A stretch of 64,000 bases of DNA. It comes from a virus (lineage: Duplodnaviria > Caudoviricetes). The position numbers and the translations under genes were made by a program. This document shows, one piece after another, positions 28,377 through 42,300 of this stretch. Positions within the stretch are counted from its first letter, which is position 1. The number at the start of each line of letters is the position of its first letter. The notes under the pieces were generated by a model. That model made no database searches, was not told where the DNA came from, and saw only the letters and a list, made by a program, of their open reading frames with translations. The stretch lies in the IMG/VR virus record IMGVR_UViG_3300031992_000052, positions 31,164-95,163 of that record; one strand, given 5' to 3'.

Positions 28377-29786
28377 TTAGCCCTTCGTGTAGTAGGTCTT
28401 GCCAGACGCTACCTCGGTGTCCTCCGTCAGAGTGTACACGTCGCCGTCCTTCTCATACCAGCCCTGCCCAGCGGGATTGCCAGAGGGGTTAGTTACGGCT
28501 GTGTAGGTGGGAGTCTCCTCCTCCTCAGCAGCCTCGGTTGCCGACATGAACTTGGCCTTCAGCTCGTACACGCCACCGGGGAAGGTGAAGTTATACGTCT
28601 CAGAAGTGCCGCCGTCGCTCCAGTTCACGAAGATGTAGCCCGGCTTCGGCGTGGCCTTCACCTGAATCAGGTCGCCTGCCTGGAAGAGCTCCTTCTCGGT
28701 CATCACCTGCACGGTACCCATCTTCTCGTTCTCGCTGACTGCGGTGAAGATCTCGGTGAGGTACTCGCCGGCAGGCATCTTGGGAGCCACGTTCTGCACG
28801 TCGTTCACGGCGAACACCTGCGGGTCGAAGTCGCGGATGCGGACGGTAGCGCGGACGTTGGCCTGGAAGTCGAAGACGCGCAGGTCCTTGTTCACCTGGC
28901 CGATAGAAATCAGAGCCTGGTCCTCGCGCTTGTCGCACAAGAACTCAATGTTCTTTTCAAGCGTTGCGATGATCTGGCCTCCGGATCCGAGGGCGGCGCT
29001 GGTGGCAATCACCAGGTTAGGCATCTCGGCGAACTTCCATCCAGCCTGCAGCACGGTGGGAGCGAGCTGGTTGAAGGTCAGCATGTAGCCCTTTATCATC
29101 TTGCGACCGAACTCGGGGCTGACGATGAAGTAGAGCTTCTCCTCGGGCTTCTTCAGGGCAGGCGACAGCTTGTCGTAGAAGTTTACAGCCAGGTCGTAAA
29201 CCTGGTCGGGTTCCAGATTGGTGATGTCGCCGGTCGGAATCAGGTTGCCGTTCTTCTCGCTGATGGTACCGTCTGTACGGCGCATGGCGATGATGGTGTA
29301 GAAACCGTTGAACAGGCTCAGGCCCTTCTTCACGGCATTCTCGGGAGTTTCCTCCAGCTTGCGGAAGGCCATGTTTCCGAAAGGAATGTTGGCGCGGATG
29401 TCCTCGGCGAGGTTGCCAGAGAGCGTGTTCAGGAGGAGCTGAGTGTGCTCAGTGTTCTCAGCAACGTTGGTTGCGTCGAACGGGCCCTTCTCCTTGTATC
29501 GCTCAATGGAGTCGCTGGTGTGGAGGTAGATAGGTTCAACCTTGGCAGGATTGTCAACGAACTTACCAAGCTCGCTGTCTTTCACATTGCCGACAAAATA
29601 CGGACGAGCCTGCAGGCCCTTACGGCTGAAAAGGTAACAGGTGTCGATGTTCTCGACATCCGTAGTCACCATCATACCCAGGTCACTGAACATGCTGTCG
29701 GTGAGCAGATAGGTGTGCGCTATAAGCTCAGGATGGATCACTTCCTTTACGGAGTTGATCTGTGCTACAGATAATGCGTAAGCCAT
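28377..29786 (-). CDS. putative major capsid protein with C-terminal accessory domains
   Basis: 469 aa directly downstream of the protease/scaffold; LFNGFYTII..I....GNLI motif; strongly biased codons. Confidence 0.7.
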   Translation of the reverse strand: MAYALSVAQINSVKEVIHPELIAHTYLLTDSMFSDLGMMVTTDVENIDTCYLFSRKGLQARPYFVGNVKDSELGKFVDNPAKVEPIYLHTSDSIERYKEKGPFDATNVAENTEHTQLLLNTLSGNLAEDIRANIPFGNMAFRKLEETPENAVKKGLSLFNGFYTIIAMRRTDGTISEKNGNLIPTGDITNLEPDQVYDLAVNFYDKLSPALKKPEEKLYFIVSPEFGRKMIKGYMLTFNQLAPTVLQAGWKFAEMPNLVIATSAALGSGGQIIATLEKNIEFLCDKREDQALISIGQVNKDLRVFDFQANVRATVRIRDFDPQVFAVNDVQNVAPKMPAGEYLTEIFTAVSENEKMGTVQVMTEKELFQAGDLIQVKATPKPGYIFVNWSDGGTSETYNFTFPGGVYELKAKFMSATEAAEEEETPTYTAVTNPSGNPAGQGWYEKDGDVYTLTEDTEVASGKTYYTKG

Positions 29787-29932
29787 AATGTTTGTGTTTG
29801 TGTTGATTGAGGGGTTATTACTATTGTTTACTGTTTCTGTGTTGTTATGATAATGCGCTACCGCGTCGCGGTCAAGGGCAGTCCGCCGCTTGTTCCGTAT
29901 GCTGCGATATTATCGCAGCCATCCAGCGCGAG

Positions 29933-31753
<1,821 letters not shown>

Positions 31754-31914
31754 AATCTCTTTCGTCGTTAAATGTTTCTGTGTTGCATTATAATGGCAGG
31801 CGCTCTGATAATCAAGGGCAGGTTTTACGATGTCTGAAGGCTGAGGGCTGAAGGCTGAGGGGCAAGCGTCGGCGGTGGGATACACATCATCCATCATCCA
31901 TCATCCATCAGCCA

Positions 31915-33195
31915 TCACTTTATCTCCGGTGTCCGATGCGTAGCAGGGAAAGCAGTGAACAGCCGCTTGCGGCTCTGATCGCATGCCGCCTTCCTGCGCC
32001 GTGCCTCTGCCGCACAGGCGCACGCCTTCTCGCGCTCCGCCTGCGCTTCCCTCTCGCGCGCGATATTATATATAGGTGTATCTACCGCTGCCTCGCCCAG
32101 CGCATCCAGGTTCTCGGCGATATAGTCGCAAGCCATTGCCATTGCCTGCTGCGCGTCGGTCATGCTGTCGCGCCGTGCCAGCCGTTCTTCTTTTTCGATG
32201 CTGCTGCCGGTGCCCCTTGCCGATGTGCTCACCGTCAAGCTCGTGCGCGTGATAGTCGTCCGTCGGCTCTCGACATAGAAAGCCAGGGCTATGCGGAGCA
32301 ATTCGAGCAGTTCCTCGAAATGCTCAGCGCTCCCCGCCGTCGCCCCCTCGCCGTCCTGTCCCGTTTGCTGCGATAGTATCGCAGCCTCCCCGTCGTTGGC
32401 AAAGGCCACCACGGCCTTCAGCAACTTCGCCCCAATCCTCGGCTTCAGGTAAGTATTCTGACAGAAGCGGATATCCCTCACCAGCGAGACATACGCCATG
32501 CGCTGATTCTTGATGTCAAGGAACTTGTCGAGCACCGTCGCCGTCTGGAACAGCAGGTCTTTGTTCAGGTAGAAGGCGTCGGCATCCTGCCACATCTCGG
32601 TAAACAGTTTCTCTCCCTTTGCGTCGGCTTCGAGGAACAGCAGCAGCGAGTCCGTCGCCCTGCCCGCGCTCATCCAGGCGTCCTTTACCACCCTGTCCTT
32701 CGCCTTCTCGTCAGCGGGGTCGTAGCTCTCGCCGGAAGACACATTCATGCCCCCGCCCTCGTTGAACGATACCGTCAGCAGTCCAGCCTTGTGCGCCAGC
32801 ATCCTGTACCACTCTATCTGCTGACAGATGCGGACGAGACGTATAGCAGCCATATCCTCAGCTGGCACGTCGAACTCCTCCGGCGGCAACATACAATGCG
32901 GCGATATAGGTCCGCAAGAATGTATCCTGTCAAGTTGTTCCGTCACGTCGGCGTATGGCACTCCCGGGTCTTCTTTCGCCTTGCCAGTCGGTTTAACGGT
33001 CGTCGCAGTGATGTCTACATACTGGGCTTTAAGTCGCTCGTATTCGGCACACACGTGCTGAAAGAGCGTCGTGCCCAATAGCGGTTCCAGTGCCACCCGC
33101 TCCTCCTCCTCCAGATAGCCGAACAACACCTGCGGCTTGTCCCACCGCGCCGTAGGCATCAGGCTCTGGATCTCATTCTGTGTCGTAACTAACAT
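31915..33195 (-). CDS. putative head-tail connector-like protein
   Basis: 426 aa with an internal duplication-like pattern (LEPLLG..LF / LKPRIGAKL); context. Confidence 0.55.
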   Translation of the reverse strand: MLVTTQNEIQSLMPTARWDKPQVLFGYLEEEERVALEPLLGTTLFQHVCAEYERLKAQYVDITATTVKPTGKAKEDPGVPYADVTEQLDRIHSCGPISPHCMLPPEEFDVPAEDMAAIRLVRICQQIEWYRMLAHKAGLLTVSFNEGGGMNVSSGESYDPADEKAKDRVVKDAWMSAGRATDSLLLFLEADAKGEKLFTEMWQDADAFYLNKDLLFQTATVLDKFLDIKNQRMAYVSLVRDIRFCQNTYLKPRIGAKLLKAVVAFANDGEAAILSQQTGQDGEGATAGSAEHFEELLELLRIALAFYVESRRTTITRTSLTVSTSARGTGSSIEKEERLARRDSMTDAQQAMAMACDYIAENLDALGEAAVDTPIYNIAREREAQAEREKACACAAEARRRKAACDQSRKRLFTAFPATHRTPEIK

Positions 33196-33394
33196 GGTCG
33201 TATCGTTTTCCCCAATATCGTGCGAAAGGGTTGGGAAATCAAGGGCAGGTTCTATGGTCGCTCCGCTCGAAATTTGATTTAAAATTTATATTTAAAATTA
33301 AGTTTAAAATTATTCCTTCGGCGACAGCCCATTCTAAATAGAATTCTAAATACTAATTCTAAATATAATTTCAGGCGAAGCGCCCAATGAAAGA

Positions 33395-36300
33395 CTACAG
33401 GTACTTCTCGCCGTGCCTTTGCGCCTCCTTCTGCATCTTGTTATACATAGCCGGGATGCCGTCGCTGCCCGTCCATTTGTTGACGGCCTTGATGCCGTTC
33501 ACGAGGGCGCTCTCCAGGAGGTCGCTCTGGCGGTCGATGCTGGCCTGCAGCGAGGCAAGCATCTCGATGCTCATGCCGCCCGTTCCCTCAGCCGTCAGCC
33601 CTCCGCCATCAGCCATCTCCTCGAACTCCCCGATGTTGCCGTCGGCAAAGGCTCTCACGCCAGTGCCGCGACGGCGGCGGGTGCTCAGCCCCGCGATGCT
33701 GCCGCCGTTGTAGAGCGTCTGTATGTCGCGCCAGATGCCGGTCTCGTTCATCTGCAGCAGGCGGGTGGTCTTGGCGTCGATGATCGCCTCTCGCCCTGCC
33801 TCGCCCACGAGGTGGAACTCCGGCCCGTTGGTGATGTGCGTCTTGGCGTCCTTGCCCATGTACTTTGCGCGGTAGGTCTTGCCGTCGGCCCCGTCCACGT
33901 TGTACTGTCTGCCAGGTGTCAGCGAAGCAGGGTCGGTCAGCTCGTTCACGTTACCCTCTGCGTAGGTCAGCATACCCGTGGAGAGGCGGCCAGCACCTAC
34001 CGATGCGCCGGTGGCTTGGGCGATCTCCGACTTCGACTTGGCAATCTTCGACGTAGCCAGTCCCATCAGTCCGCCGATAAGGGCGGTGAATACGCCGACG
34101 GCCACAGGGCCACCGATAGGACCGAGTTCTTTCAGCGTCTTTGATATCCACGAAGGAGCATTGGCAGCAGTCTCACCCGTCGATGCAGCCATTGATGCGG
34201 TCAGCATCGAGATAGCGGCCTGACCAGCTGCCTGCACAATCATCATCTGAACCTTCTGCGACGTGTCGAGGTTGTCGTTGCTCATTGTTTGGTAAGCAAT
34301 GCCGTACATGTTTGCGGCGGCAGTCATGGCGGCAAACGACGATTTGTTGGTCTTTACCATCTGCTGGTCGTTCTGCTGCTCGCTCTTCTTCACCATCTCC
34401 TGAGCCTGCATCTTCGCTTGGGCGGTCTCGGTACTTGCGGCGATCTCCTTCTGCTTCAGTGCGTCCAGTTTCTCACCCGTAGCCTCTATCTGTTCGTCGG
34501 TGATGGATAGCGGCGACGGTACGTACCCTGGCAATTCAGTCAGCATCTCAGTCTTCTCTGTCTCGGCAGCGATAGCCTGCTCCTTATATGTCTGCCACAG
34601 CAGCCCCATGTTCTCCTGACTCTTGGCTACTTCCTCGTCGGTCATCTGCCAAGGGGCTTTCGGAACACCCTCGCCGCTCGGCGTTTCGCCCGTTGGCTGT
34701 ACGGGAGCGATAATCTGTCCCTGCTCGTCCACGGCGAATCCCTCGGCATTGCGCTTGTAGCCGTCGCCTGAACCGCTGCCGCCCGCTGCGCCCATTGAGG
34801 CATAGAGCGCTTCGGTGTTCTTGATGACCGCCTGTGTGTTGGCATCAATGACAGAGTTCTGCAACAGGGCGTTGAGCTGGTCGGTGATGGTTTCGCTCAT
34901 CTTCATGTTGATGTCGTCCCAGAGTTTCTTCCACGCCTCGGCCTGGGCGTTTTGCACTTCTATCTCATGCTGCCTTTCCAGTGCCTGGCTCTCGTCCAGA
35001 TATTCATAGTGCGCCTTTGCGTCGCTGGTGCCTGCATCGTCTATCACCACGTAGGTGCCGGCTCCGGGGCCGCCTTTGCCCGTCAAGTCCAACTTCGCCC
35101 GCTCGTTGTAATACTCCGCGTCACCCGCATGGCTCGCCTCGAATACTCCCTGCAGCGAGCTTGTCAGCAGGTCGGCCCACTCCTTCAGTTCGGTGTACAG
35201 GCGGTTTTGCGATTCCTCCGTGCGGGCAATAATCTCCTCGCGCTGCTTGGCCAGTTCGGTCTCCTCCTTGGCCAGCGAGAGGTTGAGCGACATCTGGGCG
35301 TGCTTGGCATCCAGCCGCAGACGTTCGGCTTCGTTGGTCTTGCCCTCATCCTCGCGCAACTTGGCTTCACGCAGCAGGTCATCGACGCGCTGCTGTCCCG
35401 TCTTGCGTACCAGGTTGTAGTAGTGCTCCTGCATCCGCAGTTGCAGTTGCAGTTGCTTGATGGCCAGTTTGTCGGCCACGCGCTCCGAGGCCACCCCTGC
35501 ACCTATCAGGTTGTTGGCGCGGCTCACGCTGCTCTGCTGCACGCCCAGGGCGCTGATGGCTGCCTCGTAGGTGGCCTTCATGCTCTTGCCGTTGGGCAGT
35601 ATGGCGTCGTTCCATGCGATGTCCACCTGCTTCTTCACCTGCGAGGCTTCCTTCTTGATGGCATCCTGAACCTGGTCGTACACCTCATGCAGCTGTGCTA
35701 TGATGGCCCGCTTCTCCTTGTCGGCGTTCTCGCTATTGATGATGGCGTCTGCCCATGAGCCAAGCCCGTTCTTGCGCATGTCCTCGGCCAGCTGGTCGAA
35801 GGTCAGGCTGTAGGCGTTCTCTGCCTCCTTCAGCAGGAATGTCAGTCGCTTGGTGTTCTCCTCCATGAACTTGCCGTCCTCGGGCACGCCGTCCTTGAAC
35901 AGCAGCCCCATCTTCGTCAGGTTGTTCTGCAGGTTGTCCGTGATGCCGTTGAACGGGCGCTCCTTGGCGATGATGGCCTCTATCTCCTTCAGTTGCTTCA
36001 CAACGATGGCCTGCATGGCGGTCAGGTCTTTCTGCGCCTCGCGGTTGTTATACTTGCGGTCGCGCTCCCAGGCGGCAATCCACTCGGCCTCGATGGCCGT
36101 CCACGACACCTCGTCGAGTTCCTTGACCGATGCCCACCACTGGCGGAACTGCTGAATGAACTGCTTGTCCTCGCTGGTGAACGTCTGGCGCAGTTCCGAC
36201 CGCTTCGTCAGGTGCTCCTGCTCCAGCGCATCCAGCCGGCGGTTATACTCCGCCTCGGTCATCTGCTCGTTGGCGCGGGCTTCCTCTATCAGTTCCTTGC

Positions 36301-39300
36301 GCTCCGAGTAGTAGCGGTCCAGTTCGGCAATGGCTCCCTCGCTCTCCGGGGTCTTGGGTTTCTTCTTCGACCTGCCGCCTTTCTCAGGGTTCTTCCAGTC
36401 GCCTGTCGGTGTCAGGTTACGGGCATCAAGCTCCTCCTGAATCTTCAGTCGCTCCTCGTTGTACCAGGCTATGGCGTCGCGCATGTTCTTGATACCCTTG
36501 CGGGTGGCTTCGTCCATGAACTTCTTATCCATCGACAGGACTTTCTGTACATCGGCACCGCCAGCCAAGGCACGCACACGCTCCAGCATCTCCTTGCGGC
36601 GCTTCACCAGGGCGTTGGCATCCCACTGCTCGTAGGGGTCAACACGCTTGTCGTAGTTGCCGTAGGGGCCACGGTGGTTGAGAGGGTCGTCGTTATCGTT
36701 GTTATTGTTGTTGTAATTGTTATTACCTACGTCTTGATTAACTCGCTGCCTTTGTGTCTCGCGCGTCTGACTTAGGCGGTTCTGATCAATAGACGGCATT
36801 ATCATCCAAGGGAGGTAAGCAGACTGAGCGTCTTTGACAGTTGGTTGCGGCAGGAGTGGAACTTGGATTTCCTTTGGCGTTGGGGCGTTTCTTAATTCTT
36901 CTGCAAGGGTCTGCAGTCCGTTAATTGCTCCAGCCAGGTTTTCGTAGGCTTTGGCGATGTCCTCTTCTGAAGAGTTGACAGCCGTAATAACTTTTACAGC
37001 CCTTTCTCCTTGTTCCTTAAAATTGTTTATCATTTCCTGCGTATCTTCGACACGCCTCTTTTCTGCCGACGATATCTGAGCATTGATGTCTTCTGATGCC
37101 TTTCCTATCTCTTTGGTCATTTCAAGATAGGTTTTCGTGTATTCTGTTCTGAAGTTCTTGATAGTATTACCTACCCAGCCCCATTCACCTGACATACGAG
37201 ATCCAACACCCGTAATGTTAGGTAACAAACCCGTTTCTGTGATTTGTGGAAAAGTTTCCTCCAGATATTTATATACCCATGTAGCAATCAAAACCTCTGC
37301 GTTCTCGGATGCTTCTTTCGGATTGTCCACACCTTTCGACTGAAGATACTGTTCAATCTTGTTAGGGTCGATAGCATCCGTAGGAATTTGGAAGGAATCG
37401 GAGTTGGGATTATAACTGATTTGCCTGAGTGTTTCCTTGATGTCGTTCCTGGCACGGGCAATCTGCTCGGCACTCAGGCCAGCGTCGCGTAAATCATCAA
37501 CAAAACCAATCCACTCTTCCGCCAGATTCTCACTGTAGTGCTCCTTTACCCTCGACTCTACCTGCGTTTTTTCCCTTTGCAACATCTCTGCTTCGAGGGC
37601 AGCAGCTATACGCTCGTGCGCTAACGCCACAAGGTTAGAGTTCTCAGCGTCAGTCAGTAAGAAGCCAAGATACTGACTGTACTTCTGATTGATTTCGTTC
37701 ATCAGATTCTTACGCTTCTCCATATTGCCGTATGCAGCATAGTACGATTTTACGAGTTTGTCAAGTTTGTCTTTTTCCTCGTCAATCTTAGCATTCAATT
37801 CCTCAACCGCTTTCGTGGAAATGTCAACTTCTCCAACCCATGTTGACAAAGCATAGACAGCATAAAGAATAGCCGTCGCCAGAGCCATCCATATATTGGC
37901 CATCATTTCCTTGTTGAGCGCCTTCGTAGCCATCTTGGCCCTTATCGTTGCCACACTTTGTGCTGCTGTTGCTCTTTCCGCCTCGGTCATAGCAGCAGCC
38001 TCTGCTAACTTGGCATTACGGAGGGACTTGCTAAGCATTATATACTCTTGCGTATTTGCTATTAGTCCCTTCAGACCAGTGCCCATAGCCTTCAGTCCGC
38101 TTATAGACTTAAAGAAGATACCCTCGCCAAGACCAATTTTCAAGAGGCCCCAATAAACGATAAATGTTTTCAAAAGAACTGAAACGGCTTTCAGCGCAGG
38201 GCTCACATTGCCTGACAGCAGATTCACTAATCCGCGCAAAAGATCGATGATGACGCCGAGGGCTCTCTGCGCTTCATCTCCAATCCACATTTCTTCAAAC
38301 TCATTTTTCAGCCGCTCCCACTTTGCCGCCGTCGTCTCGTTCATCTTGTCGAACTCCTGCTGTATGGCAATATTCTCCTCATACGCCTCGCTGGCTACGC
38401 CCAATTGTCTTTCCAGCTCCTCAACATTCTGACTCAGGCCTGCGAACACAATACCTGCACGGGCACCCTGCTGGTTCAGTTCCTTCATTATGTCCTGGAA
38501 ACCGGCAGCCTCCATCATTTTCTCCACCTTGTCGGCCACGCCGTCTGCATCGTTTTCAATGCCTTCTGCCGTGATGCCGCTACGCTCGCGGATGGCCTTG
38601 AACAGGTCGATGATGACGGTCATGCCCTGCCCCTCAGCAAAGCGTCGCTTGATGTCCTCTTCGGTTTTCCCAATAATTGCGCCTATCTCGTAAGCGTTAT
38701 TCCTGATAGCCGGAATCATTCGCGACAGGGCAGTAGCAGACATCTCAACTCTCATACCCAGGCTGCTGATCGTCGAACCCAGTGCGGCCACCTGGTCGAT
38801 GGTGATGCCGCTCTGTGCGCCCACGGCTCCCACGCGCTTCACGAGGTCGGTGATTTCGGGGGCGGTCGAAGCACTCGTGGCACGCAGACGGTCGATGGTC
38901 GATGCAATCTTCTCCATGGCGACGGCCGTTGCCGACGAGCCCTCGATGGTGCCCTCCTGCAACTGCTTGCGTATCTTGTCCACCTCGCCCGTGGCGATGG
39001 CCACACGCATCATCTCCGTAGCGGCCTCGCGTCCCATTTCGGGCAGGGCAATCATCAGTTTGTTTGCAGCCTCGGTGAAGCCCTGCACGTCCTCCAGGGT
39101 CTTCAAGCCCAGCTGTCCGGCACTGGCGGAAATTTCCATGAGTGAGGTCAAACTGGTCCTGACGTCCATTTTCTTCAGGTTCTCCGACAGGCGCCCCACC
39201 TCGTCGGCGGTGAAGCCCGTGGTCTTGCGCACCTCACCCATGCGGTCGGAGAGGTCCATGAGGTCGCGGGCGGTGTTGCTCACCTTCTGCCACAGTTCGT

Positions 39301-42300
39301 TGAACCCCATGTACATCACGACGTAGGTCTTCAGGCGGTTGAAGGCTTTCTCCCAGGCGGTGGCACTGGCCTTGGCCTGTCCCTCCATTTCCTTCATCAC
39401 GTTCTTGGCGTTGCGCACCTGTTCGGCGAAGCGTTTGTACTCCGAGCTGTTCTGGCCGAGCGACTGCTGCATCTGGCGCAGCTGTCCGTCGGCACGCTTG
39501 ATGGCGGCGCGCAGCTCGTCGAGGTTCACGGCGTTGGCAGGGGTCTCGATGAGCGTGCGCATCTTCTCCTGCGACATGTTGACGTTATCCTGCTCGAACT
39601 TCAGCGAGCGCAGCTTCTTCGTCAGGTCGTCGAGTTCCTTCTCCTGAGCGTCCACGGCGTTGCCAAGGTCGCGCTCGGCCCTTATCTGCTTGATTAGTTC
39701 CTCGCGGCGGCGCTCCAATGCCTGCGTGGCCTGCTGTATCTCTTGCGCACTGGCGGAGAAACCTTTCTTGCCAGCGCCCTCGGCAATCTTCTGCGCGTCG
39801 GCCAGCTTCATCCACTCGCCCGTGGCCTCCTTCAGTTCCTGGTTCATCTCGCCGATGGTCTTGCGCAGTTCCTCCCACCGCTTCTGCCCGTCGGCGGTAG
39901 AGCGGTCCTGAGCCATCGCCTCGGCCTCCAGCACCTTGATACCCTCCTGCATCTCATCGCGGGTCATGCGGCGTGCTTTCTGCAACTGCTCCTCCACCTC
40001 CACCAGTCCGAGGGCTTCGGCCTTCTGCTGCTTGTAGTAGTCGAGAACGTCTTGGGTGGTTTGCTTCTGCCTGCTTAGCCATTCCACCTGTCCTTTCTGA
40101 CCTGTGCGGGTGGTGGTGCCGTCGTCGAGTATAAGGGTCTCGCCCTCGATGGCATCTCGCAAACCCTCAATCCTGTAGCCCTCGCGCTTATACTCACTCG
40201 TCTGCTTGCGGAACCACGAGCTGTTAGCGTGCTTCTTTTCCAGTTCGGCCAGTTCCTTCTCCATACGTTCGAGTTCGTCAGTAGCCTCCTTGATCTGCTG
40301 CTCGTAGTAATCCACGTTCTCTGCAGTTCGTTTAATATCATCATCAAACACCGACGTGTGCTGACTCAGCTGCTCGTCTATCGACTGCCCCGGCGTGGTG
40401 ACCACCGTGCCTTTCATGTGCTCACTGAACCGCTTCATCACCTCGTCGGCATCGGCGAACCCCGTGCTTATCTTTGCCAGTGCGGTTTCGAACCGTGCCA
40501 GTTCCTGCCGCTCGTCAGCGGTAGCGTCGCCGTCGCGCTCCTTCTCGTGGATCAGACTTACCAGCGTTTCGCGCTGCCGTTGTAGGGCTTCGGTGGCTTT
40601 CTTCGTCTCTGCGTCGGTGGTCACGAATCCCTCGGTGCCTATGCTATCGGCATACTTCATGGCATCTGCCACGGTCATCCATTCCCCGCGCAACTCTGCC
40701 GACTGCTTCTTCAGTTCTTCGAGGCGGAGGGTGAGCTGGCCGATGGCGCGTTCGCCGCGCTCCCACTCTTCCTTGTCGATGGTGGGGTCGAGCTTGCGGT
40801 TCGACTCACGGAGGCGGGCCAGTGCCTGCTCCATCTTGTCGATGCTGCCGGAGCGCAGTCGGTCGGCCTCGCGGGTGGCTTCCTGCTCGGTGGTGATGTT
40901 GCGCTGCATGGCGGCGGTATCGGCGTTGATTTCCTCGGTGAGGTGGCTGTATGCCTGGCCATTCTTCAGCTGTTCGTCGGTGAGTCCGCGCAGTTCGTCT
41001 TCCACTTTCTTGACGGCCTCGCCCTCGTGCTTCTTGGCTTCGGCCTGTGCGTTGCGGGCGTCGGTCTGTTCCTGTTCGGCCCTGGCTAAGCGCTGGTTGG
41101 CGGTCACGGTCTCGTCCACCATGCCGTTCAGCTTGTCTTGCTGCTGGTTCAGCTCGGCGGTCTTCTGCGAGAGTTGTTCCTGCTTCTGTGCCAGCTGCTC
41201 GGAGGACTGAGCGGACTGCTGCTGGGCGGTGGCGGACTGCTGCTGGGCGGTGGCGAGTTTTCCTTCTGTTTCCGTTATGTCAGTAAGGACTTTCCCTTTT
41301 TCCTTAACGGCAGCAAGCAGCGCATTGGTGGCCTCTGTTGACTTCTCAGTCAGTTCGGTCATCCTATCGGAATTGTCGGGCGTTTCCAGAGCAGACTTGT
41401 ATTTCGCTTCAAGTGTTTCGATTTGCTTGATGGCAGACTCGTACTCTTTGATAAGAGCCTTGTAGTAGTCGATAGCGGCCTGAACACCCTGCTTGGACTG
41501 GCCATCCTCGTTATAGAGGGATTTCTTCCAGTCGGTATCTTTTAGGGCTTTCTTGTATTCATCCTGCAGTTTCTTCATCTGCTCCAGGTTGAACTTCAGG
41601 TCGTCAAGGCTCGTGGATTTGCCCTGATCTGTAAAGCTCGCTGCCCTCTCATAAAGGTAGGCTCTTGCGTTTTCAAGATTACGCTGTACGGATGCTTTGA
41701 AGTCTGTTTCTGATACAGAATGGCGGCTCATCATCTGGACATCTGCCGCACCGATGGTATCAGCATATCCGTTATAAGGTATGAAGTGGTCTTGTGGAAG
41801 TTTCTCCAAAGAAGACTTCATTTTGTCGCGGAACTTTGCATAAGCCTGCTCGAACTTTTTCATTTTGTCTCTTGGAGTCGGCAACTTGCTAAGCTCTTCA
41901 AATTCGGCATGGTAACGGTCGGATAATTCACCCTGCGTCTTGATAACTCCATCAAGCTCGTCCCTCTTGGCCTTTAGGCTTTCCAGCTTTGCCTTCAACT
42001 CATCTATCCCGCTCGTGTCAATCTTCGGCTCCGCCTTCACCTCCCCCATCTTCCTGATATCGTCGGTCAGCCCCTGCACTTCGGTGCGCAGTTTCTCCAC
42101 GGTCTGCTTCTGCTCGTCGTAGGCCTGCTGTTGGGTCTTGGCGGCACGGCGGGCGGCGTTCAGCTCCTTGTTGGCATCGTCCACGCGCTGGTTGCGTATG
42201 GCGCGGTCCTCCTTCTCCTGTGCTTTCAGTTCGTCGCGCCGGTCCGTGAGCGTCTGCTGCTGGATGCTATTGTTTTCCATCTTCTGCTCCAGCTCGCGGC

